DNA of 54,871 nucleotides, taken from the NCBI GenBank assembly GCA_041484135.1, contig JBGPHD010000002.1, positions 1-54,871 of the forward strand, read 5' to 3'. The translations under genes were made by a program, and so were the position numbers. The notes under the pieces are model-generated. The model was given only the letters and a program-made list of their open reading frames with translations, did not search any database and was not told the origin of the DNA. Of the stretch, positions 36,909 to 44,087 are shown piece after piece; within the stretch, counting starts at the first letter, position 1, and every line of letters begins with the position of its first letter. The DNA is from Gemmatimonadota bacterium (lineage in GTDB: Bacteria; Gemmatimonadota; Gemmatimonadetes; Gemmatimonadales; JACORV01).

Positions 36909-37430
36909 CTAGTGGCTCGCCGCGCGGCTGAGGAAGACCTGCGGGGAGACGCGCAGCTGCGCCTGCAGGTTGGTCAGCGACATCGCCGCCGACAGCTCCT
37001 CCATCTGCAGCACGAGGTCCGCCGCGTAGTTGGCGCCCTTCACCTCGAAGGTGCCGTCGTACAGCACCAGGTTGGCGAACCCGCCCGCCGACGCTCCGGC
37101 GAACCGGATCTCGCCGCGCGGCGCGTTGGCCGGGTTGGCCACCCGCAGGCCGTCGCTGATCACGTTCTCGCTCCTGAACTCGAGGCGCGCCGGGTTGAAG
37201 CGCAGCCGGCCCGTGAAGCTTCCCAGCTTGAAGTTCTGCTGGGTGCCGACCTGGACCTCGACGCGGACGCGGACCGTCTGGCCGACCCGCGCCGTCAGGT
37301 TGTCCACGGTGACGAACGCCTGCACCCCCGTCTGGGTGGGCGGCGGCGTCGGCGCGGTGGGCCGCGCCGGCTGGTCCTGGCAGGCGGTGACCGCCAGGCT
37401 GATGAGGGCGAGTCTGAGAACGTGCATCAT
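36909..37430 (-). CDS. Small lipoprotein consisting of a single cohesin-like domain
   Basis: 173 aa with lipobox LISLAVTAC, a Pro/Thr linker, then ARVGQTVRVRVEVQVG..KLGSFTGRLRFNPARLEF..GEIRFAGAS..LVLYDGTFEV, the same pattern as the other cohesin-like modules. Confidence 0.7.
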   Translation of the reverse strand: MMHVLRLALISLAVTACQDQPARPTAPTPPPTQTGVQAFVTVDNLTARVGQTVRVRVEVQVGTQQNFKLGSFTGRLRFNPARLEFRSENVISDGLRVANPANAPRGEIRFAGASAGGFANLVLYDGTFEVKGANYAADLVLQMEELSAAMSLTNLQAQLRVSPQVFLSRAASH

Positions 37431-37470
37431 CGGTTCCTCCCTGGGGTGCGGCCGGAGCCGCGGAACGTCG

Positions 37471-40197
37471 TCACTGTACGCGTACCGTGCTGGCGGTGAT
37501 CACCGCCGCCGACACGTACTGGGTGAAGGTCGGGTTGATGCCCGACAGGTCCGTGACCGAGAACGTGAGCGGCGAATTGCCCACGGCGTTGGCCACGAAC
37601 ACCACCATCACGAGGCCGACGGTCGGTCCGGCGGTGCCCACCGCGTTGGCCGCGCCGAAGCGCAGCTGGCCGCTCGCCGTCGCCGACTCGTTCAACGTGG
37701 GCGCCACGAACCCGCCGGCGACCGGATCGCTCCGCACGTAGGTCAGCGCCGCGGTGCTCCAATCGAGCTCCGCGTTGTAGCTGCCGAGCTTGTCCGGCGC
37801 GACGCGGCGCAGGTCCACCTGCACCAGCACCCGCACCGTGTCGCCCGGCTTGACGATGTCGAACGCGCGCCCGTCGCTGATGGCGCTCACCACGGCGGCC
37901 CCGACGCCCGCCACCGCCACGGTGATGGAATCGAACACGGTGCCGGTGCTGCCGACGGCCGACGCCACGATCACCGTGGTACCGTTGGTGTTGCCGGTGA
38001 CGAGGCCCGCCGCGTTCACCGACGCTACCGCCGGCGTGCGCGAGACGAACGTCAGTCCGGTCACCGTCGCGGCGGCGCCGCCGGCGTCCTTGCCGGTGAC
38101 GCTCAACGACACCGTCCCGTCGACCAGCAGCACGCTGAATCCGGGCGCCACGGTGATCGCGGTCAGGGGCGGCGGCGCCACCACGAAGGTCACGGCGACC
38201 GTCCGCGGGCTGTTGCTCGCCACCGGCGAGGTCACCGGCACCGTCGCCGTGTAGGTGCCTGCCGAGAGCCCGGCGAGCGACGCGGTGAGCGTGAGCGTAG
38301 CCGGCGCGGTGGCGGGGTCGTTGGTGAAGTTGCCGTCGGCGTTCAAGTCGGGGAACCTGGCCGTCAGCCAGCCGGTCGCCCCCGCCCCGTACGTGATAGT
38401 GCCGACGAGGAGGCCGTTCAGCGTGCCGCCGCTGCTGTTGGTCACACTCACGGTCTGTGACGCGGGGTTGGCCAGCGTGACGGTGCCGTTGAACGTGATC
38501 GTCGCCGGCGCGAGGGCGATGGCCGGCCCGGCCGCGACGTTGAAGGTGACCGACACCGTCTGCGGACTGTTGGTCGCCACGCCCGACGTCACCGGCACGC
38601 TCGCCGTGTAGGTGCCCGCGGCGAGGCCCGTGATGTTCGGGGTGAGCGTGAGGGTGGACGGCGCCGTCGAGGTCGAGAACGAAGCGCTGAGCCAGCCGGT
38701 CGCCCCCGCGCCGTAGGTGATGGCGCCCGTCGCGAGACCGCTCAACGTCCCGCCGCTGCTGTTCGTCACGCTGACCGTCTGTGCCGCGGGGCTCGCGCCC
38801 GTCGCGATGCCGTTGAACGTGATGGTGGTGGGCGCGAGCGCGATGGCCGGCCCCGCCCCGACGACGAACGAGACCGAGACCGTCTGCGGGCTGTTGCTCG
38901 CCACGCCCGACGTCACCGGCACCGTGGCCGTGTACGTGCCGACGGCGAGGCCCGTGATCGTCGGCGTCAGCGTCAGCGTGGACGGCGCCGTGGTGTTGAG
39001 CGAGGCCGCCAGCCAGCCCGTCGCCCCCGCCCCGTACGTGATGGTGCCGACGGCGAGGCCGCTCAGCGTTCCGCCGCCGCCGTTCGTCACGTTCACCGTC
39101 TTCGCCGCGGGACTCGCGCCGCCGGTGACGCCGTTGAACGAGACGGCCGTGGGCGCGAGCGCGATGGCCGGCGGCGGGGCCACGACGAACGTGACCGCGA
39201 CCGACTGCGGGCTGTTCGACACACCGGACGCGGTGACCGGGACGGTCGCCGTATAGGTGCCCGCCGGGAGACTGTCTACTTGGGGCGTCAGCGTGAGCGT
39301 CGCCGGAGCCGTCGTCCCACCTAACGTCGCCGAGAGCCAGTCGGTGGCACCCGTCCCGTACGCGATCGTGCCGACCGCGAGGCCCGCGAGGACCTGGCCG
39401 CCGACGTTCGTCACCGCGACCGTCTGCGCCGCCGGATCGGACCCGCCGGACACCCCGTTGAACGTGATCGTCGTCGGGGCCAAGCCGATCAACGGCGCCG
39501 GCGCCGACGTCACGGTGACGCGGGCGCTGTCCCGGATCGTGTTCCTCGCCACGCTCGCGATGATGATCTCGACGACGCCGTCCGCCATGCCGAGCACCCG
39601 GCCCGCGGCGTCCACCTGCGCGATGTGGTTGTCCCGCGAGCGGAAGTGCACCGGCACGCTGTCGTCGGGCATCGCGACACCGAGCGTGTCGAAGCCCGTG
39701 TACGTGAGCGCCGCCGCCTGGCCGGGATTGATGGCGAACTGCCGCGGGTTCACGACCAGCGACCCGATGCCCTTGCCGGGGCCCACGTAGCCGGCCTGCA
39801 CCGGCTGCGGTGGCGCCGGGATGCCGGCGTGCAGCTCGACCGACTGCGTGCCCGCGTAGAGCTCCGTGCCCGAGGTCGAGTTGAACCCGTGGAACGCGAT
39901 GCCCACGGTGTCCAGCCCGCCGCCGACCCGCACAACGACCGAGAGCTGGATGGTGTCCTGCCCCGGCGGCAGGTGCCGGTAGATGGTGTCGGGCGGATTG
40001 GGCGGATTGTTGATCTCGAAGCGGAACGAGTCCACGTCGCTCGGCGCGCCGTCGAGCGGGCCGTAGCCTTCGAAGACCGGATAGAACGCCAATTGCACAC
40101 GCTGCCCGGCGTCGGGGGCGAGGGAGTCGAAGCATCCGAGGGCCGACAGGCACACGGACACCACCACTGCCAGGGCCGCCGGACGGGCTGCTCTCAC
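37471..40197 (-). CDS. Scaffoldin-like lipoprotein: N-terminal domain, Big_2, four tandem Ig-like (BACON/ASH-like) repeats, Big_2, C-terminal cohesin-like domain
   Basis: 908 aa with lipobox CLSALGC. The GTG start overlaps the upstream TGA (GTGA). Four repeats of 107-119 aa. C-terminus: VKPGDTVRVLVQVDL..LGSYNAELDWSTAALTY..GQLRFGAAN..VGLVMVVFVA. Confidence 0.8.
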   Translation of the reverse strand: MRAARPAALAVVVSVCLSALGCFDSLAPDAGQRVQLAFYPVFEGYGPLDGAPSDVDSFRFEINNPPNPPDTIYRHLPPGQDTIQLSVVVRVGGGLDTVGIAFHGFNSTSGTELYAGTQSVELHAGIPAPPQPVQAGYVGPGKGIGSLVVNPRQFAINPGQAAALTYTGFDTLGVAMPDDSVPVHFRSRDNHIAQVDAAGRVLGMADGVVEIIIASVARNTIRDSARVTVTSAPAPLIGLAPTTITFNGVSGGSDPAAQTVAVTNVGGQVLAGLAVGTIAYGTGATDWLSATLGGTTAPATLTLTPQVDSLPAGTYTATVPVTASGVSNSPQSVAVTFVVAPPPAIALAPTAVSFNGVTGGASPAAKTVNVTNGGGGTLSGLAVGTITYGAGATGWLAASLNTTAPSTLTLTPTITGLAVGTYTATVPVTSGVASNSPQTVSVSFVVGAGPAIALAPTTITFNGIATGASPAAQTVSVTNSSGGTLSGLATGAITYGAGATGWLSASFSTSTAPSTLTLTPNITGLAAGTYTASVPVTSGVATNSPQTVSVTFNVAAGPAIALAPATITFNGTVTLANPASQTVSVTNSSGGTLNGLLVGTITYGAGATGWLTARFPDLNADGNFTNDPATAPATLTLTASLAGLSAGTYTATVPVTSPVASNSPRTVAVTFVVAPPPLTAITVAPGFSVLLVDGTVSLSVTGKDAGGAAATVTGLTFVSRTPAVASVNAAGLVTGNTNGTTVIVASAVGSTGTVFDSITVAVAGVGAAVVSAISDGRAFDIVKPGDTVRVLVQVDLRRVAPDKLGSYNAELDWSTAALTYVRSDPVAGGFVAPTLNESATASGQLRFGAANAVGTAGPTVGLVMVVFVANAVGNSPLTFSVTDLSGINPTFTQYVSAAVITASTVRVQ
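38179..39504 (-). repeat. Four in-frame tandem coding repeats (321-357 bp each) inside the scaffoldin-like gene
   Basis: Protein repeats at aa 232-339, 340-446, 447-554 and 555-673. Consensus: PAIALAPTTITFNG..G.SPAAQTVSVTN.GGGTLSGLAVGTITYGAGATGWL.AS....APSTLTLTP.ITGLAAGTYTATVPVTSGVASNSPQTVSVTFVV. Recurring DNA landmarks cgccgt(g/a)ta(g/c)gtgcc lie at about 38247, 38603, 38925 and 39248. Confidence 0.85.
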
Positions 40198-41294
40198 ATC
40201 GTCTTCCGCACCGACATGCCGATACTGAAGCCCCGGAAGCCGATGTTGGTGGCGCCGCTGGGCAGGCTGCCGGTGTCGAAACGCAGGGACGGCTGGATCG
40301 ACATCGTCTCGCCCACCGCCACCTGATAGCGCAGGCCGAGCGAGAGCAGCGTGCCGGCCTTGGTCAACGTACTGTCTCCCTCACCGATCATGCGATACTC
40401 GACCGAGGGACGCAGCAGGTTGCGGCCACGCGTGAACGACAATCCCGCGCCGACCGTCACGAGGTTCTGCTTGCCAGTGGTCTGGCCGTTGATCGGCACG
40501 TCGCCCGCCGCCCGGTAGAGATCCCACCCGTACAGCGACAAGCCGACGTTGCCGAGCGGCAAGCTCAGCGACACCTGGCTGATGTACCGCCGCCCGGGAC
40601 GGAAGACGTCGGCGCCGCCGAACTCGTCGGTGCTGAAGCTCGAGTAGGTGAAGCCGGCCGAGAACCGCCCCTGGCCGATCACCCGGTCCACGCCCGCGCG
40701 GATGCGCACTTCGGCTCCCGCCCGGTACGTCGAATCCACACCCGCCAGCGGCGTGAAGCTGCCGCTCATCCGGTAGCTCCCGGCGATCCCGAGCGCCCAG
40801 CCGCCTAACGGCAGGGCCAGCGCGAGTCCCGTGGTGACGCTGGCGCCCGAGCCGAAGTTCGCCACCGGGAACGGGAAGAGGTTGGAGCCGATGGCGCCGG
40901 CCACCGCCAACTCGTCGTTGGAGAGCTTGGTCTTGCCGGTCGGGATGTTGGCCGTGAGCGTGAAGAGCGCCTTGTCGGAGATCAGCTGCACCACCGCGCG
41001 GGCCTGGATGTCCGTGAGCCCCGTGATCGTGCCGCTCCCCCCGGTCTCGTCGGTGCGCTGCGCCCGCGCGAAGCGCGTCCCGATGTCCACCGTGAACCGG
41101 TTCGAGAAGGGGAAGACCAGGCCGACGGGGACGACGAGCTCCGTCACCGTCTTGGTGCCGATCCCCGCGTCGAACGACAGGGAACGGTACTCCGCGCCGG
41201 TGTAGAGCGTCGGGCGCGCCTCCTGGGCGCACAGGGCCGCCGGCGCGACGAGCAGCGCCAGGAGGGCCGAGCGAGTCATCCGGGCAGCGCTCAT
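40194..41294 (-). CDS. Putative outer-membrane beta-barrel protein
   Basis: 366 aa with signal peptide MSAARMTRSALLALLVAPAALCAQ. Alternating hydrophobic beta-strand pattern with Gly/Ser/Thr-rich loops throughout. ATGA overlap with the upstream lipoprotein gene and GTGA with the downstream gene. Confidence 0.65.
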   Translation of the reverse strand: MSAARMTRSALLALLVAPAALCAQEARPTLYTGAEYRSLSFDAGIGTKTVTELVVPVGLVFPFSNRFTVDIGTRFARAQRTDETGGSGTITGLTDIQARAVVQLISDKALFTLTANIPTGKTKLSNDELAVAGAIGSNLFPFPVANFGSGASVTTGLALALPLGGWALGIAGSYRMSGSFTPLAGVDSTYRAGAEVRIRAGVDRVIGQGRFSAGFTYSSFSTDEFGGADVFRPGRRYISQVSLSLPLGNVGLSLYGWDLYRAAGDVPINGQTTGKQNLVTVGAGLSFTRGRNLLRPSVEYRMIGEGDSTLTKAGTLLSLGLRYQVAVGETMSIQPSLRFDTGSLPSGATNIGFRGFSIGMSVRKTM

Positions 41295-42637
41295 GTCGGC
41301 CTCCGGATGACGATCACGACGGTGCCGGTGGTGGGCCGGACGCTGCCGCCGGTCACCTCCGACGTGTTGTTGCGGTTGGCGGGCGGCGTCGTCTGCGTCT
41401 GCTGCTGCGCCGCCTGGTCCGACGTCTGCGTCCCCGCGACCGCGTTGGCCGCGTTATTGAGCGCGTCGGTCGGCGCGCCGGCGGGTCCGGCGGCCTCCTG
41501 CTGCGCGTTCTGCGTCACGGTGACGTCCACGTCGCTCACTGACTGGGTCGAGGCGGCGGAGAGGTCGGTGGCCGTCGCGGCGCCCTGCACCGCGGCCACG
41601 AAGCTCGGGTCGAGGCCCGACGCCTGGGTGTACGCCTCGCGCGCGGCCTGGAAGTCGCCCATGTCCTCGGCCTCGAGCCCGCGGCTGTAGGCGAGGAAGG
41701 CCTGGATGTTCTGGGTCGGACGCTGGTTGATCGAGGCCCGCTCCGCGTCGCTGAGCTGGATGCCGAGGTTCTCGAAGATCGAGAAGACGAGCGCCTTCTC
41801 GAGGTCGAAGATGCGACTGAGCTGGTCCGAGGCGTTGCCCGTGGCGGCCACGCCGGCGCTGCTCACGTCCACGACGGCCGCGTCCACGCGGAGCTGGTCG
41901 CCGCGCTCGGCGATCGTCCCCTGCACCACGCGTTCGGCCCGCAGCAGGCGGCCGCTGCGGACCGCGGTCTGCTGCTCGACCCGGTTCTGCTCCGACAGCC
42001 GCATCTCGTCCAGCATCGACTGCATCCGCTCGCGCTCCAGGACCACCACCTGCCGCGACTTGGCGAGGTCGGTGATCACCAGTTGCGCCAGGCCGCGGCC
42101 GAGCGGCTGGATCTGCGGGTTGGTCCCGGTATAGCTGAAGGGCATCACGGCAACGGTGTTGGGGGTCGGCGGCGTCTGGAGCAGCGTGGCTTCCGAGGCC
42201 AGCGACTGCCGCGCCTGGAACTCCAGCTCCCGCCGGCCGATGAGGGCGAGACGTTGCCGCGCGGTGTTCCGGAGCTCCCGGCTGCGCGCCACCGTGACAT
42301 AGCGCTCGTAGGCCGTGCGCGCGGCGGGGAAGTCGCCGAGCGCCTCGGTGGTCATGCCGAGATAGATGGCCGCGATGCCGTTGGAAGGATCGCGCGCCGC
42401 GGCGGTATCGAGCGCCGTCCGCGCTTCCTCATACCGGTTGGCCTTGAAGTACGCCACGCCCAGACGGGTGAGCGTCATGGGGTCGTTGGGCCGCTGGCTC
42501 CGCTCCGCCTCGAGCGAGGGAATGGACTGGGGTGTGATATCGCCGATGCGCAACGCCCCGCCGCCGGCACAGGCGGCGAGCGACGCGAGCAGCCCGAAAC
42601 GGACAACGTCCCGGGCGCGACGAAGGAGAGTGCTCAT
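41291..42637 (-). CDS. Lipoprotein with TPR repeats, CsgG/TolB-N-like domain and Gln/Thr/Ala-rich tail
   Basis: Trimmed to ATG 42637 (MSTLLRRARDVVRFGLLASLAACAGG, with lipobox). TPR-like LTRLGVAYFKANRYEEARTALDTAAARDPSN. Then VAVMPFSYTGTNPQIQPLGRGLAQLVITDLAKSRQVVVLERERMQSMLDEM, a CsgG-type signature. Confidence 0.75.
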   Translation of the reverse strand: MSTLLRRARDVVRFGLLASLAACAGGGALRIGDITPQSIPSLEAERSQRPNDPMTLTRLGVAYFKANRYEEARTALDTAAARDPSNGIAAIYLGMTTEALGDFPAARTAYERYVTVARSRELRNTARQRLALIGRRELEFQARQSLASEATLLQTPPTPNTVAVMPFSYTGTNPQIQPLGRGLAQLVITDLAKSRQVVVLERERMQSMLDEMRLSEQNRVEQQTAVRSGRLLRAERVVQGTIAERGDQLRVDAAVVDVSSAGVAATGNASDQLSRIFDLEKALVFSIFENLGIQLSDAERASINQRPTQNIQAFLAYSRGLEAEDMGDFQAAREAYTQASGLDPSFVAAVQGAATATDLSAASTQSVSDVDVTVTQNAQQEAAGPAGAPTDALNNAANAVAGTQTSDQAAQQQTQTTPPANRNNTSEVTGGSVRPTTGTVVIVIRRPT

Positions 42638-42682
42638 GGGCACGCCTCGACTGGTGAACGGGGAACCCTGCGGAATGGCGTG

Positions 42683-42712
42683 AATATGCAGGCGTCCCCA
42701 TGGCCGCGGCAA
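42683..42712 (-). promoter_or_regulatory. Possible sigma70-type promoter of the operon (TTGCCG-N18-CATATT on the minus strand)
   Basis: The hexamers lie at 42712..42707 and 42688..42683, about 45 nt upstream of ATG 42637. The match to consensus is only moderate. Confidence 0.25.
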
Positions 42713-42800
42713 GTTGCGCGCGGCGCTCGTTTTCGCGTATCGCAGAATACGGGGGCCGCCGCCGCCGCCGCCGTGACCGAAGTCACGCGGCACGAGTGCT

Positions 42801-43049
42801 TTATCGGCCGCGCACCGGGGAAGCGGGAGCGCGCCAGCGCATGACCCGCACTTCCGTCTGAGAGAGGATCTCGGCGATCACGGCCTTGGTCCGGGCGTCC
42901 ACCGGCCAGTCGAAGTGCATCTCGAGCCGGTAGCCGGCGCGGTCCGCGCCGCGCCCCTCCATCACGAACCCGTCCGGTGTCGCGAGCACCTCGTCGATCG
43001 GGACGTCGGCGACAAGGTCGAGTTCCGGCAACTGCTTGGGACCGGGCAT
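42801..43049 (-). CDS. Small hypothetical protein (82 aa)
   Basis: Trimmed to ATG 43049, which is preceded by a strong SD (GGAGGTGTTTC-ATG). Acidic, globular-looking sequence MPGPKQLPELDLVADVPIDEVLATPDGFVMEGRG... Confidence 0.55.
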   Translation of the reverse strand: MPGPKQLPELDLVADVPIDEVLATPDGFVMEGRGADRAGYRLEMHFDWPVDARTKAVIAEILSQTEVRVMRWRAPASPVRGR

Positions 43050-43116
43050 GAAACACCTCCGCCGGAGAGAGTTATCCCCCGGCGGAGTCCATCGCAAGCA
43101 CGTCCTTCGTGTGTGG

Positions 43117-43605
43117 CTAGTGGCGCACCGGCACCTGTGCCGGCGTGGGCTCACCGTCGTTGATGGTGCTGCCGGGACCGCCCGGCTCCCCGACGATGAT
43201 CGTCCCCTTCATGCCCAACGCCTGGTGCGGCAGGCAGAAGAAGTCGTACGTGCCCTGCGGCGCGCCGGTGAAGGCCACCCGGTAGACCTGGTTGTTCTGC
43301 ATCATCATGGGGCCGGCGAGATCACCCATGCGCTGCGGCATGGCGCGGTTGAGCACGTCCTTGGCGCCTGCCGGGATGCGGTTGGGGTAGAACTGCACGT
43401 TGTGGGGCCCGCCCGAGACGTTCACGAACTCCACGATGTCGCCCGGATTGATACGGATACCGGCCGGGTCGAACTTGAAGGCCGTGCCCTGCTGCAGCAT
43501 GCGCACCCGCACCGTGGCGGGCGGAGGCGTGCGCGCACCCGGACGCACAAAGGCCGCGGCGCTCAACGCGAGCACCGGCAGGGCGACGAGGGACCAACGC
43601 TTCAT
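43117..43605 (-). CDS. Type-1 copper protein (plastocyanin/pseudoazurin-like cupredoxin)
   Basis: Trimmed to ATG 43605 (MKRWSLVALPVLALSAAAF, signal). Copper ligands are in the canonical arrangement: GGPHNV ... FFCLPHQALGM (C-x2-H-x4-M). Confidence 0.85.
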   Translation of the reverse strand: MKRWSLVALPVLALSAAAFVRPGARTPPPATVRVRMLQQGTAFKFDPAGIRINPGDIVEFVNVSGGPHNVQFYPNRIPAGAKDVLNRAMPQRMGDLAGPMMMQNNQVYRVAFTGAPQGTYDFFCLPHQALGMKGTIIVGEPGGPGSTINDGEPTPAQVPVRH

Positions 43606-43682
43606 AGCCACATCACTCCAATGAAAGGGGAAAGCTGGCCTGCTCAGTACCCCGGAAGCGCGCCGAAGGTCGCGGCCTGCTT

Positions 43683-43698
43683 TGTGAAATGTTTCACA
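43683..43698. promoter_or_regulatory. Perfect CRP/FNR-family type palindrome TGTGA-N6-TCACA
   Basis: TGTGAAATGTTTCACA lies in the divergent intergenic region between the cupredoxin gene (start 43605) and infA (start 43808). The arms extend to 7 bp (TGTGAAA/TTTCACA). Confidence 0.45.
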
Positions 43699-43807
43699 TA
43701 AGGTGGTATATTGGCAAGTTGGCCAGGAACGCCTGATTTGCGTGAGGTTCCGGCCTCCCTTAGGTTGCTCCCCACACGATTCCTCTTCGACGGAGCGGGA
43801 CGCGAGC

Positions 43808-44023
43808 GTGGCAGGCGACGCCATTCAGATGATGGGCACCATCACCGAGGTGCTCCCGAACACCACCTTCCGCGTCGAGCTCGAGAACGGCCACGCGATC
43901 CTGGCCTACGTCTCCGGGAAGATGCGCAAGAACTACATCCGCATCCTGCAGGGCGACCGCGTCGCGGTCGAGCTCTCCCCGTACGACCTCACCCGGGGAC
44001 GGATCACGTACCGCTACAAGTAG
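43808..44023 (+). CDS. infA: Translation initiation factor IF-1
   Basis: From GTG 43808: [71 protein letters not shown]. This is near-identical in pattern to bacterial IF-1. The track ORF carries a spurious 5' extension. Confidence 0.95.
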   Translation: MAGDAIQMMGTITEVLPNTTFRVELENGHAILAYVSGKMRKNYIRILQGDRVAVELSPYDLTRGRITYRYK

Positions 44024-44030
44024 GGGTGTG

Positions 44031-44083
44031 GGGTGTCGGGTGTGGGGTGTCGCCATCAATCCGACACCCCAGACCCGACACCC
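44031..44083. terminator. Bidirectional terminator hairpin between convergent infA and the TonB-dependent receptor gene
   Basis: 22-nt arms GGGTGTCGGGTGTGGGGTGTCG and CGACACCCCAGACCCGACACCC with one mismatch and a 9-nt loop. It starts 8 nt after the infA stop and ends 5 nt before the receptor stop. Confidence 0.7.
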
Positions 44084-44087
44084 GGCC

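Noticed and set aside
38179-39504. Tandem 321-357-bp DNA repeats as a possible CRISPR array, VNTR or mobile repeat
   Set aside because: The repeats are far longer than CRISPR repeats and have no unique spacers. They are in frame within a long ORF and translate to four copies of one Ig-like domain.
757-40153. Many very long antisense or off-frame ORFs. Examples: 757..2121 +, 2227..4032 +, 5472..6953 -, 7017..9434 -, 8303..9895 +, 11106..13556 +, 12265..13788 -, 13862..15652 +, 15562..17964 -, 18543..20426 -, 21777..23174 -, 21950..24082 +, 28360..30222 +, 30173..31426 -, 32116..33564 -, 34239..36122 -, 34289..36931 +, 37427..40153 -
   Set aside because: All are extremely Arg/Gly/Pro/Ala/His-rich, lack signal peptides or recognisable motifs, and overlap frames that contain clear family signatures. 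They are shadow ORFs that arise because stop codons are rare in GC-rich DNA.
27775-42637. Interpreting the cohesin/dockerin operon as a classical cellulosome or polysaccharide utilisation locus
   Set aside because: I recognise no glycoside hydrolase, carbohydrate esterase, CBM or SusC/SusD-type signatures. The host is a diderm with lipoprotein anchors. The dockerin-bearing proteins also carry their own cohesin-like modules.
42730-42790. Hairpin with UUCG loop (CGUGAC-UUCG-GUCACG on the minus strand) followed by a GGC repeat, as a terminator between the 82-aa gene and the cohesin-dockerin operon
   Set aside because: It has only a 6-bp stem and no U-tract. It is too weak to call, so whether the 82-aa gene and the cupredoxin gene are co-transcribed with the operon stays open.
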